DNA of 64,000 nt from Dimorphilus gyrociliatus (lineage: Eukaryota; Animalia; Annelida), in contig CAJFCJ010000012.1 in assembly GCA_904063045.1 (NCBI GenBank), positions 2,170,001 through 2,234,000 of the forward strand, read 5' to 3'. Below the pieces are notes generated by a model. That model ran no database searches and was not told the origin of the DNA. It saw only the letters and a program-made list of their open reading frames with translations. Shown here one piece after another: positions 42,001-54,115 of the stretch; position 1 is the first letter of the stretch; every line of letters begins with the position of its first letter. The translations under genes were made by a program, and so were the position numbers.

Positions 42001-43664
42001 AGAAAAAGATTAGTGAATACGTCTAAAGAATAGAAATGTCAATTAGAGGAAATTAAAGAGAAATGTACTAGATAAGATAAAAAGAAAATAAAATATATTG
42101 TAACAATAGGTATTAATGTGAAAAATAAATATCGTACTTAAAATCTACCTTGCGGCTATGATTGTATTACTAAATCTAAGGCGCCAAATTTCTTTTACTA
42201 AACTCCATTTATTGGAATTATACTCTAGTTTCCCATTAATTATCTAAAGTTTCAATTCTAATAGAAGACAGTATCGAAATTCCTTTCTCATTAGCCTCAT
42301 CCTTATTCATTTATTTTTTCATGGTATCCTATTCAGTCGTTTATAAAGATTTTTAGAAAGATATAAAGTTGAGCGAAAATTGAGAGCAGCTATAAAAGTA
42401 CAAAAGGGCGATCACTAGGCAAAGAAAGCGGTAAAATAGCACAAGACCCTATCGCCAATTCAGTACGCCATTAACGACTCTATTGACTCAGTTGTAAAAC
42501 AAGACAACCGGCCTTAATTGCCTACATTAATAAATTAGCAGCCGGAAAATTAAAGCGAGTTACAGCAGATATGTAATACGTAGAAGGGAGATAAAAAAAG
42601 GAGAAAAAAAGAGAACATAGTTAAATAAATAAGAATATAAGTTTTTGTAAAGAGGAGAGATAACTAAATGAAAAATAGACTATTATCAAAATATTTCATT
42701 CTCACTTATTTATTTATAAACTAGCTGTTATAATAAAGTATTTCTTTCCTCCTTTTTTTTTTTTCTCATCACTTCGCTTCCTTCTTCCATCTATCTGTCC
42801 GTTAAATCTGATAGATCTTTTAAGATAAAACATTTAAATTCATCACCCTTATTTATCTTTCATTTCTATCTTTCTCTTTAGTATTAAATTACGGATTTTA
42901 ATTGAACCATTAATATAGCACAATCTAAAGAAATAACATAGGAAAGGGGGCGGAAAGGACCCAGAAATTCGATGCTCTTTCATACTTGAATGATTACTAA
43001 ATTAGAGTATGACAATCATTAGACAGAGAGCCTGATGTCTATATTAAATTTCTCTTTCCCAAATACCAGTTGATTCTATATAACTAAATTCTGTCTTTTA
43101 ATAGTCCTTACCATTCTTTTTATACTTGTAACATACATTACAATGCTGTAAAGTTATATAGTAAGAGAAAAAAAAGTTGGAATAAATATCATCATTTTAC
43201 TTCTTTCTTTGATATATAATTATAATTTATTGATTCTATGAAGTTTTTTATATTGTTAACTCTGCTAGGGCCAAAAAATTATACGTATGTTACATGCTTT
43301 TACAAGAGTTTTTTGGTGTTTTTCATTATTCGTACAAGTATATAAAATACGTATGTTTGTATGTAAGTAAGTTTGTAAGTATGCATGTGTTGTTGTTTGT
43401 TTGTTTGCAGTTTGTCTGCGTGAATGCATATTAATATAATTTATTTCATTCATTATCTATCATATTTTATGTCTCTATTTATGAATACGTAAAATTCATA
43501 TATAGGTGTACTTTTGTATAGGTATAGATACAATGTTTGCTCTTTTTTATGTTACATTACGTAATATACGTTTAACTGCAATATGGCACAATAATTTTGC
43601 AGCACAACAGCAACGAACAACACTATAAACCGCAAAACTGTCGAAAAAAGAATTTGCACAGTTA

Positions 43665-46600
43665 TCATTTAATAGGTGTTCCCTTATTCGAGCTCGATCC
43701 ATCTAAATCGTTTCTTCTTTCTTGAGGAGCATCTAAAATCATTGCTCTCCTTGCTGAATAAACTCGATGGTCTTGATCGGAAACGGAATTTGTATTTGAT
43801 CGTTTACTTAGATCTATGACGCCCTCTGGTGTTTCTCGAACTTCTTCTTCAGGTTCGCAGCATGCGCATCTTATTTTCTCTGATCCTTCCGAAGTTGTTG
43901 AAACTGATTTACGCCGCTCTGTATGTTTTTCAATTAGATTTTTGAAGGCTTCCGACGGTATAGGTATAGGTATTGGAACTGGAATCGGGAAGAGAAATGG
44001 CATAGGTACAAGTAGTGTACTCGCTGGTATAATAGGAGGTGGGGGAGGAAGTGGAAGTGGAAGAGGTGGAGGTGCTGGTAGAACAGGGAGGGTCCTAATT
44101 TCTTGTTTTTGTCCTTCTTTCGGCTTAATAGTCGGAAGTGGTGTATGCATATCTTGATCACGCATCTGAATAGATTTAAAGTTAGCCTTCCTTGTAATGT
44201 TTTATAATTATTACTCATTTGTTCAATATTACAGACCTTTAGTCTTCTTATATATTCTCGATCGGTCAGTCTGGCACGTTTCTCGGCTAGAACTTTACTA
44301 TTCCTTTCTGAACTTGCTTCTCTCTTTCGTGACGAACCTTTTGCATTTGAAGCGGTTCTATTCCATAATTCCGGAGTAATAATAATTCTATCGTCCTTTT
44401 GCGGTTCAGCTTTATCCTCTTTGGCCGAATTTAAATGTTCTTCTGTTTCACGACAAAATATGTTCATTTTATATTGATTTAGGCAAGATTCAGAGCAAAA
44501 TTGCAATTGTCCATCACATAAATCAACTTTGCAATGGGCCGATTTGGCTCTATGGCACCAATCACAACTTTTCGTTCGCCTAACGCGGTCATCATCTGAA
44601 TTCTTACGTGTTCGACCTGAATAAGAGAAAATTCTCGTTATCGCCTAAAGATTCTGTTTTATTCCTGCCTCTTTTTTAAAGCCCAAACAAGTAAAAACAA
44701 GAATGACCTAACTTTTGTTGACAATGTAAGGAAAGAGTTTACTAGGAAAATGATTCTTTAATAGCAAATGAAATTTAGTAGCTAGCTGACTTATCTGAAT
44801 GGAATAACAGAGCAAATAAGCTATCATACATTAAAATAAGGACGAAGAGAAATGAGATAGTAATGAGACCGAGAGAGAGAGAGAGAGAAAGAGCGATTGC
44901 AGGTACAGTATATACTGTATATACATATATATTCGTATATACGTGCCAGGGATTTATTCCAGAAAAAGATGGATAGAAAAAGAGAATAATAGAATTGAGA
45001 TAGTAGCAAAAGTTGCAAGCATTTTCTTTCTGAAGTAAATTCTTTATACAATATTCAACCGGAAAATAATTTGGAAAGGAGGAAACGGAAATGTTGAAAG
45101 GAAAGTAATAAAATAATATAGGTATTAAATGAATTTTTAGTAGATTGGAAGAATCGATTAAATATATATTGCAGCTATTGAACAGTTCATCCCTTTGTTT
45201 TGTTAGCATGGTGTCTTCGTAAACTGAAAAAAGTTCACTTTCATGATAAATTAATTTGTCACCTCTGCTCTAGTTTCGGGATTGTGTTCGTACTAGAGAA
45301 TACTTATATCTTAATTTGTTTTCTTCTAGAATTATTTGAAAGGATTAAAGGATTTAATAAATAAATAGATACACTATCTGAAACAAACTGGGAAAAAAAT
45401 CAATGAAGACGACGCCCGCTGACGCCGGAGATCGAATTACTCTATTTAGAAAAGCGTCTACGATTTCAAGACCGCTTATTGGAAAAAGTATACGGCTACG
45501 CCAACCTCGATATTTTTACCAACAGATCTGGATTTTCGACGCTTTAAAACAAAACTGTTAAGAGACTCAGGGTCAGGTCACGTGATATCGTTATACAATA
45601 CGATTGGCTAATTAAGCGTCACGTGACGCAAAAACGCACTATTTGAATTGAGGCCTAGAAGGCCCCCGGTGAAAATGGATTTTAGGGATCGGATTTCGGC
45701 GCGTTCGAATTCGATTAAATGCATAGGGATTTTTTTCATATATATAAATAATATATTATATACATATATAGTAAATATGTATGTAAATTTCCTTATTCTT
45801 TGTCTTAGATTAGTCAAATATGCATTTCTTGACTCATAACTTAACTAATTAACTTATTAATTAATAAATTAAAAATCTTGAATTTAATAAATAATTCTTT
45901 CATTTATATTTTCTTAAATTTACTAAAAAGTTTGTAAAGTTTTCAAAAACCTAGGCAGGAAAAGCGAAAAAAGTTCAATAAGTAACTGGTATCAAATTGA
46001 TACAAACTCGCCAAAACAGCTTCAATTTCAATAAAAAAAAAACTATTAAATATAAGAAACACTTGATGAAATTTATATGTATCCAATGTGCAAATTTAGA
46101 TGTATAAAGTGAAATTCAAATATACTATATATATATATATATATATTTATATAATGTATATGCAAATTATTTTACAGGCACTTTATACTTTTAAAATTGT
46201 AAAGTGAATAATACCATTTGAAAAAAGAAAATATGCATCTTTAATTACAAGAAACTTGTAGAAACGGTTTTTAACCTAGATGAATATTGATCATGATAAT
46301 TCAAAACGTAAGCTCATCTTCACGACTTCAGACCGTTTGACTTAGCTCTGCAGAAATCGATCACGACTTCTTGTATTTTAATTGAAGATCGTGCAAGGAA
46401 AATATCTCTGATTTGGGCATGTTTATTAAGCACGTTAATCGTGTAGCTAGTATTGTTTTTCGTTAAACAATTTGATATAATTCCGGTCAAAAATATCCGC
46501 CCCAAAACAAAAAGAAAATAAAGAATGTATATCTAATATCTAGGCTTCTCCTCTTTACTTTTATTCTCTTTCATCTTTAAAGAAATACATAAATATTATC

Positions 46601-49359
46601 AACAGGAAAAAATAAAAAAAATTGGAAAGACACGTGACTACAATGTAGTCGGCGATGTTTATCTCGCCTCCGGCTCTTTTATACAGTATACTTGATCCCG
46701 TGTTGCACATCTATACAGAACTACTGGCTCGAAATATGAACCAAGTTGAAAACATACTATATATAATCCAACTCTTTTATCCCATCTTCTAACCTTAATA
46801 CAGTATTACCTTAGACTCTTTGAGCTTTATCTTTTTTTCATCATACTTCATTTGATAGAAGATAAATTAATAAGATGAGAAAAGTCTAATAAGAAAATGT
46901 GAACAAAATCGTTGGAAGAAAAGGAGAAGGAGAAGTAATAGTAGTAGTTATAGGAGTATTAGTAGAATAGGAATAGGTAGAGGAGGAGGAGGAGGAGGAG
47001 GAGGATTTTATAATGTTAAAAATGAGTCCTACTGAGGTTAATCGACAAATTTGACATATATTTTTGTCTGATTCTATCTATCTATATATCTCTTTGAAAC
47101 AAGACATTGAAAAGTTTCCGTATTAAGTTTCTTCTATAACAAAGAATTAAAGAAACAACGCAATAAGTAAGACGAATATCTTTAATTATAATAAACTTTT
47201 TTATGACTGTTATAAGATTCCCAATCAAATTTGAAGTTTTTTTAGAAAATTGAGATTAAAAGCGAAAATAAAAAGAAACAAGTCTCTTTTGCACAGATAA
47301 AGATGTCGAAAGGATAAAAGATTCTGCTTTAAATCTTCCCTTATTATACCCTCTCATCAAGTGTTATCTAATTACACAAATGACCTTTAACTCACCTTCG
47401 TTCTCTTGCTTATCAGCTGCATCGTAACCGTACCATTTTGCCAGTAATTCGTTCATAGTCGTCTCGGCATAATCCTATTTTTTAAATAAAAAAACGACTA
47501 TCATTCTAAAAAGGAATTCTCCAGAAACCGAATCCGGCATTGTACAGTGCCTATTAAATACGTAATACGAGCGTAGCGTATCTGTAAATATACGCTTTGT
47601 AATCCTAAACGATGGTTTCAAATTTCAATAAAATATATAAAAGCAAGCCGACCAGAGGATATATTTCTCTATTGCGCATGCGTAGACTTATATAAGCCCT
47701 GCCTAACTGTAAACTATACACGGTACTGAACGTTATCGCGTTACGTTATCTAGATACGTTAGCACATATGTTCGATTACTTCTTGCTCGTTTCGACTATC
47801 GGACGTTTCTTTTTAGCCTTATCAAAAGTTTCTCTTACCAATACCTCTTCTCCTTTACGCCCTTTTACTCCCAAAGCTCCAACCCCCTCCTCATCCTTCA
47901 ATCATCAACGCCATCTAGATTAGAAGTAAATAGCCTGATAATTCGCGTACTATGCGCTCTATATTTCACGAAACAAGTACTGAACCAAGAAAACAGTTTT
48001 AGAAAGATGCGAGTTGTAGTTTGAGAACCAATAAAAAAGAGGTTATAGGCCGAAAAGCAACATCTAACCTCTTCTTTTAAAAACAGCAAAATATTTGCAT
48101 TTTTAAACATTCTTTGCTTTAAAATGTATGTAAAGCCGAAAAATCTATATTTATTAAGACAAATATTTTAACTATAAACCTTATCTTACAAAGTAAAAAG
48201 AAAATGATATTAAATTATCAAAATTCCATTCTTTCGCTTATTTTTCAACTTTTTTAATTGAAGGAGAAAGGGAAGAAAGACGTAACTTCCTAATTATATC
48301 CATAAATATATATATCTATGTATATGTGCGTATCTATTTATATTGTTTATTATATGGTAAATGTATATACGGTATACTTATTTAGGGGTAATGAACAGTT
48401 TTGTATCCAACTATTAAGAATCTCCTAATGATTGCAGTACACTTTCTTTTCCAGTTTTTTGTGCGTTATTATCATTAGCATATAGTACATATATTTAAAT
48501 ATTATATTTATGCTAATAATACCAATAATAAGCCTAATAGTCTTTCGATAGAAGAGCTACTTATTTATTAAATCATTAAAAATGATAAAATATCTCTTTT
48601 ATTAAAATGAACAGAGTAAAAAGGGAAAGATCTTGGTAAGAAGACAGGTTTCCATTTTACTCTCTATTATTTAACTATTTAATACTATTTGTTTTCTTTT
48701 ATATAAGAAATTAAATTAATATCTGCTTCTTTCGGTAAATCAAAACATTCTCTTTTAGGGGGAATATCTTTCAATAGAAATTATTATTAGCGCCATCTGT
48801 AATTGAAATAAGCAGCGCTCTTTTTTCGGTTGGGAACGAATACAGGGAAAATGCGCTTGTAATTTGTGAATGAAAATCATCTTAAAAAGCATAACATTTG
48901 ATTTAAAAAGATAACTTTCACAAACTAGAATCCCTTACTTATTCTTTCAAGTTGTAATATCTCTTCTCTATATATCTTCAATACACGCGGAATTGTTGCA
49001 TAAAAGCCTATTTTAATTAGTTTTTTACTAGGAAATTTAATAGTGGAAATAGAAAAAGACTGTTCAAATTACCTTGATATCGTCCTGGCCTCCAGATTCT
49101 TGCTTAACCTTGAGTTTTTTGGCAGACATCTATTTAGTTTACTTGAAAAGATAAAGTGAAGAGTATACTGTGCCACAAACTCCCTCAGACTGAGCATATT
49201 GACTAGCAACCGGAGCTTGCTGCTAACCTGATACGTCGGATCGGGTGTCGACTGCACGAGCGCCGCTCTTCTTTTGTTGCTGCACCTTCTCATCCGATTC
49301 AGGCTAGCAGAGTTGGGATTTTTGGTGGGAATCTGTATTTTTTTCATTTTGTTTTTCAT
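43665..49359 (-). CDS. SOBP: Sine oculis-binding protein homolog (short form, about 340-380 aa)
   Basis: Exons [49359-49228, possibly UTR], 49129-49073 (MSAKKLKVKQESGGQDDIK), 47474-47396 (DYAETTMNELLAKWYGYD), 44616-44237 (FCS finger CDWC...QFCSESCLNQYKMNIF), 44165-43665 (PFLFPIPVPIPIPIP, GVIDLSKR, YSARRAMILD). All phases are compatible. Confidence 0.92.
45571..45629. promoter_or_regulatory. Promoter-like island inside a SOBP intron: E-box, CCAAT, 14-bp palindrome GCGTCACGTGACGC
   Basis: ggtcacgtga 45576-45585, gattgg near 45602, gcgtcacgtgacgc 45616-45629, within a CpG-rich stretch of about 45400-45720. Confidence 0.55.
46981..47005. repeat. (AGG)n trinucleotide repeat in a SOBP intron
   Basis: Read directly. 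Confidence 0.9.
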
Positions 49360-50922
49360 TTTTTAACGTCCGTTCTGCAATCTCTTCTTTCCCTTGGTGC
49401 CATAAGCCTATCTCTCGTTCAAACCTTTTAAGTAGCTATTTACTTGTTTAACTTTTTTCTCTGCTCTTCTTCTATAGTTTCTTTCGCTCACTCCCTCACT
49501 CACTCTCTCTCTCTCTCTCTTTCCCTTCCTCTCTATCTCTCTATCTATCTCTCTCGCTATCCCTCTTCTTACTCACTCTCTCTCTCTCTCTCTCTCTTAC
49601 TCTCTCAATCTTTCGCTACACATATACAGTGTATATATATATATACATATCAAATATAAATATATAGCATTCTATATATCTAATACATATATATGTCTTA
49701 TTGTCTTCTTTTGCTCCCACTCATTCTCTATACGTATCTATTTGTTAATTATTTGTTAAGACATTTTTTCGTAAATCTTACTCCTCCCATCTTCTATCTA
49801 TGTCACGTCTACCCCTTTCTACATAAGTTCGCCTGCCCTTTGTGCTTCTCTCCCATATTTCCTAATCGTGTTACTTCTACTGAATCCTCATCTTTCAATA
49901 AAATGTGTTCAAGGTCAGAATACATGGCCAAATAATTTTCTCTCTTTGATAATTGGGCTAAGATTTAAATTGTTGTGCAGAATGCATCTCTATACACAAG
50001 CTACCGATATATTATTTCCTTAATTCAAGGGGGATGGTCATTCAACTGAACTGGTAAAGACGGCTGTTCCTCTGGCCTGAATGGTTTAATAAAACATCTG
50101 CTTTCTCCGTCCATCCCGCCTTCTGGCGCCATCTATCCAAGGTAAGAAAACCCTTGTTGTTATATTGCCCCTGATCCTTGAGGATACATGGAAAAAAATT
50201 ATAAAATTGTTAGGCAGATGAATTAGATAGAGATCAAAGATCGTCTTTGAATTCTCCTTTCTTTACAATAGTATAGTTCGATTCTTTTTGGATATCGGAT
50301 ATCGGATTTCTAGCAGTTTATATTGTGTCGACTGGCCTTAATCAGTGATTAATAAAAAAAAGCAGTTGAATAATTCTTGTTATTGTAATAGTTGTAATTT
50401 TAGCGGGGTACATCTTACTATTACATTACTTTCACAAATTTTCTTAACCGATAGATGTCAGGATTAACAATTACAAGAGGGCGCAATACAAATAAATATC
50501 CCATTCTTGAATATCCTCGTTAGCAACAGAAGATCAATAATCGATGGGGTTTTGGATATATTCTCAGCGATAGGCTTAAAGTCTTCTGTCCAATTGAATT
50601 ATTTATAGGCTTGAACATGCGATCTCTATTTGTTGATATTTTGTGATCAAGCCTTGAATTTGCGCTGAGTAAAAAGTATTAAACAAGGTCAAGATTTTGC
50701 TGTTAGTGAGTAAAGTTGACAGTTTTGCAATGGCCATTTGTTGCAAGTAAGAAAGCTGAAAATTAAAATACTTTACCAAAATTGTGACTGCAATAGGAGA
50801 GAAGAGAAGATCCTTAGTAAGAGAGAAAAACTGAAAATCAAATTGGAAAGAGCTGATCACCAAATTTCTTCCCTAAAATAGAAGGATACTTTTAGTTCTA
50901 GTCATCTAATGGGACTTGTGAA

Positions 50923-50974
50923 ATGGGTTGTGGTTCATCAATTAGTTATGGTAAAGCCATTTTTTTAATGATAG

Positions 50975-51006
<32 letters not shown>

Positions 51007-51592
51007 TTATATATTTGTAACTATTTATAAAGATTAATATATTTCAGAACTTTTCAATATATTCCAAATCTTAATCACTGTATCAATCCTTTTATAATGA
51101 CTTTTTTATGACTTTGTTTTGAAATATCATATCCGTTATCCAGATCCTAATGAAATGTACGGTAAAAAGGAAAGAATACCCTTCGAAAACGTGAAAACTG
51201 AGGAAGAGACGGCTAAGGAAAAAAAAGATAATGACCAAAAAAGTAAAAAAGATGAAGAAAACAAAGGGAATAGTTCAAATTTAGAAAAAAATAGAGATAA
51301 AAAGTCCATATTGAAAGGTGATTTGTCTCTCAGAAATGAAGCTAAGATAAATCGACGAAAGAGTCGAGATCTTCGGCTTAGGAATTGTGAAAACAGAGCT
51401 AAGGTAATATAATTTATGCATAATTTTTATTTATAGATCTTGTATTAACAATTCTTTTTTTAAAATCTATAATTAATATAGATGCTAGTTGATCAATACT
51501 ACGAAGAGAGCGAACGGTTCTCTGTTTCAAATTCAAGAGCAACATCTCGAGTTGAACGAGTTGAAGATATATCTATTCAATCTAACTCTTAG
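50923..51592 (+). CDS. Uncharacterised 132-aa hydrophilic protein with MGCGSS dual-acylation N-terminus
   Basis: Exons 50923-50950 (MGCGSSISY-), 51144-51403 and 51482-51592 join in frame at phase 1 and phase 0 GT-AG junctions. A probable non-coding first exon ends at the caag|gtaaga donor at 50141. Confidence 0.75.
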
Positions 51593-53825
51593 TATACGTA
51601 AACAATAAAATTAATCAGTTTAACTTGTTCATAACATTATTATAAACGTTTATACCGGTTTTATATCTTGTACAGTTGTTTTTATATGTATTTTCTTTCC
51701 CAATCATATGATTCTAAATGATGATACATATTTTATATCTGAATTTTCCTTTAATTTATTCAAGATTTCTTTTTTTCGCAAGCTTTCGTTAGAGATTAAT
51801 AATAACTGATTTGCAGGGTGAATATTCTTATAAGGGCGAGAAGGGATTGAACTAAAGCTATGGTAGAGCTAATAATAAACTTAGTGCGATATAAAAACGT
51901 GATTAAGACAAACAAATGTCCTTTTTCTATTTCTAAAAAACATATATCTCTTCTGTCCAGTAAAGTAGTAAATATATAATAATAGAGACAATGATCTCTC
52001 ATAATAGTTGAAGTCTTCTGGTAATACAATAACCAATTTAAATGACTCAGATACTAATAAAAAGTAAGTAGTTAGTATGTGTGCATAATATCTGTAATTA
52101 TTTCGTATATTATTTTACTATATAATATAGGCAAAGAATAATTCATTTAAGCCGGATCAGTTCAAGTAAGCATCCTTGTGCTTTAAAGGTTAACAGTATT
52201 AAATAACAAAGCTTTTTAACTGGAATAAACGTAATACGGGACTGTTTATATAGCGCTCTTATATTTCGGTATACGATATTAAAAAAATGATAAAAATAAG
52301 TTATCTTCCTATAATACAGTTTCTGCAAAGTGCAATGAATCGCTTATATAAAAGTTTAATCAGATATTATAGTTTTTAAATAGTATACAAAAAGAACAAA
52401 CTCACGACTTCTTGTTCTAACTTCCTTATTTTAAGAAAGAAGTTTTACGATTTTAGTAAATTACAGAAATTTGCTTTAATTCCTTTTGAAATCTTTTAGC
52501 AAAGGCTTTTTAAGTTAATAATGTCGCGGTAATCCCTGTAGGTTATTTCCTACTGTTTCTTTAGCTTATACATTTACGAAAGAATTCAGAAATCGAAAAG
52601 TAAGAGAGACAGAGAGAGAACACCGGGATTAGAGACTTACTATTAGAGAAAGAGGAAACTACACAGATAGACATACATTGAGAGAAGAAGAGATTTAGTA
52701 GGAAAACAAACAAAGGAAAAGAGAACTAAAAGTTTATTTTCTCTGTTCCTTTTTGTGTCTCTGTCATTCTTAGTTTTCTAGTTTTCTTATTTGTACACTC
52801 TCTCTTTCTCTCCCTCTCCTTTCTTCACCCTACTTTACATAAACCTTTAATTAAAAAAAAGCGTTTTATTACGAATGAATAGAGAGAATTCTTGCCAAGG
52901 TCTTGACTACTATGAGTGCTTTATTTCATGGAAAATGACAAAGAATAGCGTAACATACTGCTATGTTAAATAACGTTTATTTACACAATCGATAATTTAA
53001 TTTAAGAATGTGTGCCAGAAGGCGTACGGTAACTACTTCATATTTGTTTAAGATATTTTGTAATCAAGTGTATTACATTAACCTCCAAAATATTTTTATT
53101 CATTTGTTCAAGTACAGAGGGCGCTTTGTTATTATTAGCCACCACAAAGTAAACTACAATGGAAGTGTTTTATTTTTCTTATAGATAATAGTACAAATAT
53201 TACTGATAATAATGTTCGTTCGTGGATCATACATATATATATATATACTGTACATATACAATATGTACAGTATATACATAAATTATCGAAATTAACTCTC
53301 TCTTCTTCATTATTGGACATTCGATCCTTATTATATATCCTTATATGACTTTTATCTTTTAATTGCATGAATTTGTTTAAAATTGCAATATGATCTATTT
53401 ATTTATTACACTAATAACATCTAGCATTAGAAAAAGTGAACAGGATAGTGACCTTAATGCTTTAAATATATAGTTTTGACCAAAATTAATATTAGGAAAT
53501 TGGATACTATTTTTATGAATAAAGTAAATGTATAGGTGTACTCGAGTTGTATTTCAATTATCTTAAATCGCCAGTAAAGTGATCATCTAATTAGGTTATT
53601 AGAGCAGACATTATTTTAATCATTTATCACTTATGGAATAGTAAGAAGGGTCGATTATAGATATAATTATGTAAATGAATTAATAGAATGAAATTACTGC
53701 GAATTCTGTTTCAAGAGTTTCATTTCAAGGTCAATAAATTTGCTACGGAAAATGTATATAAATGTAAAAAACCCATCTGTGCACAGTACCATTGTCATTT
53801 GGCAGCAAAAACTACAACTTTGAAA

Positions 53826-54115
53826 ATGAACAGCAAATCAACTAAAACTCTAATTCTACTTTTTTCACTTTGTTTGGTAAAGTTCTTTCTTTTAGTTTCT
53901 GTTGAAATACTTTTTATATTCTTCTTTATTTTTAACAGTTTGGAATGATATCAACAGTTGAAGGAAGCATTCAGGGTGTAACTTGTCATTCGCAACAGGA
54001 TTGTGCAGCTGATCCAAAAATGGCATGTGTATCCTGCGGTAATTATAATTTTGGTATCTGTTGGAAACTTTCCCAAGCAAATTTCAAAGATGGCTGCGGA
54101 TTGTATAATAAGTAA
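53826..54115 (+). CDS. Secreted six-cysteine peptide precursor, 75 aa, family unrecognised
   Basis: Exon 53826-53876, 62-nt GT-AG intron, exon 53939-54115: MNSKSTKTLILLFSLCLFGMISTVEG / SIQGVTCHSQQDCAADPKMACVSCGNYNFGICWKLSQANFKDGCGLYNK*. TATATAAA at about 53755, AATAAA at 54128-54133. Confidence 0.8.

Noticed and set aside
43816-44157. 113-aa plus-strand Gly-rich ORF (GIGIGIG)
   Set aside because: Antisense of the SOBP proline-rich exon.
50440-50863. Minus-strand frames faintly resembling RNI-like LRRs (FKPIAENISKTPSIIDLLL)
   Set aside because: Broken by stops, no clear LxxLxL..N pattern, and located in the probable first intron of the MGCGSS gene.
53892-54095. Minus-strand ORF and acceptor as a possible last exon of the CRAL-TRIO gene
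   Set aside because: The CRAL-TRIO gene ends at 55179 with the family-typical RKLGLD*; this segment is better explained as the antisense of the Cys-rich peptide exon.
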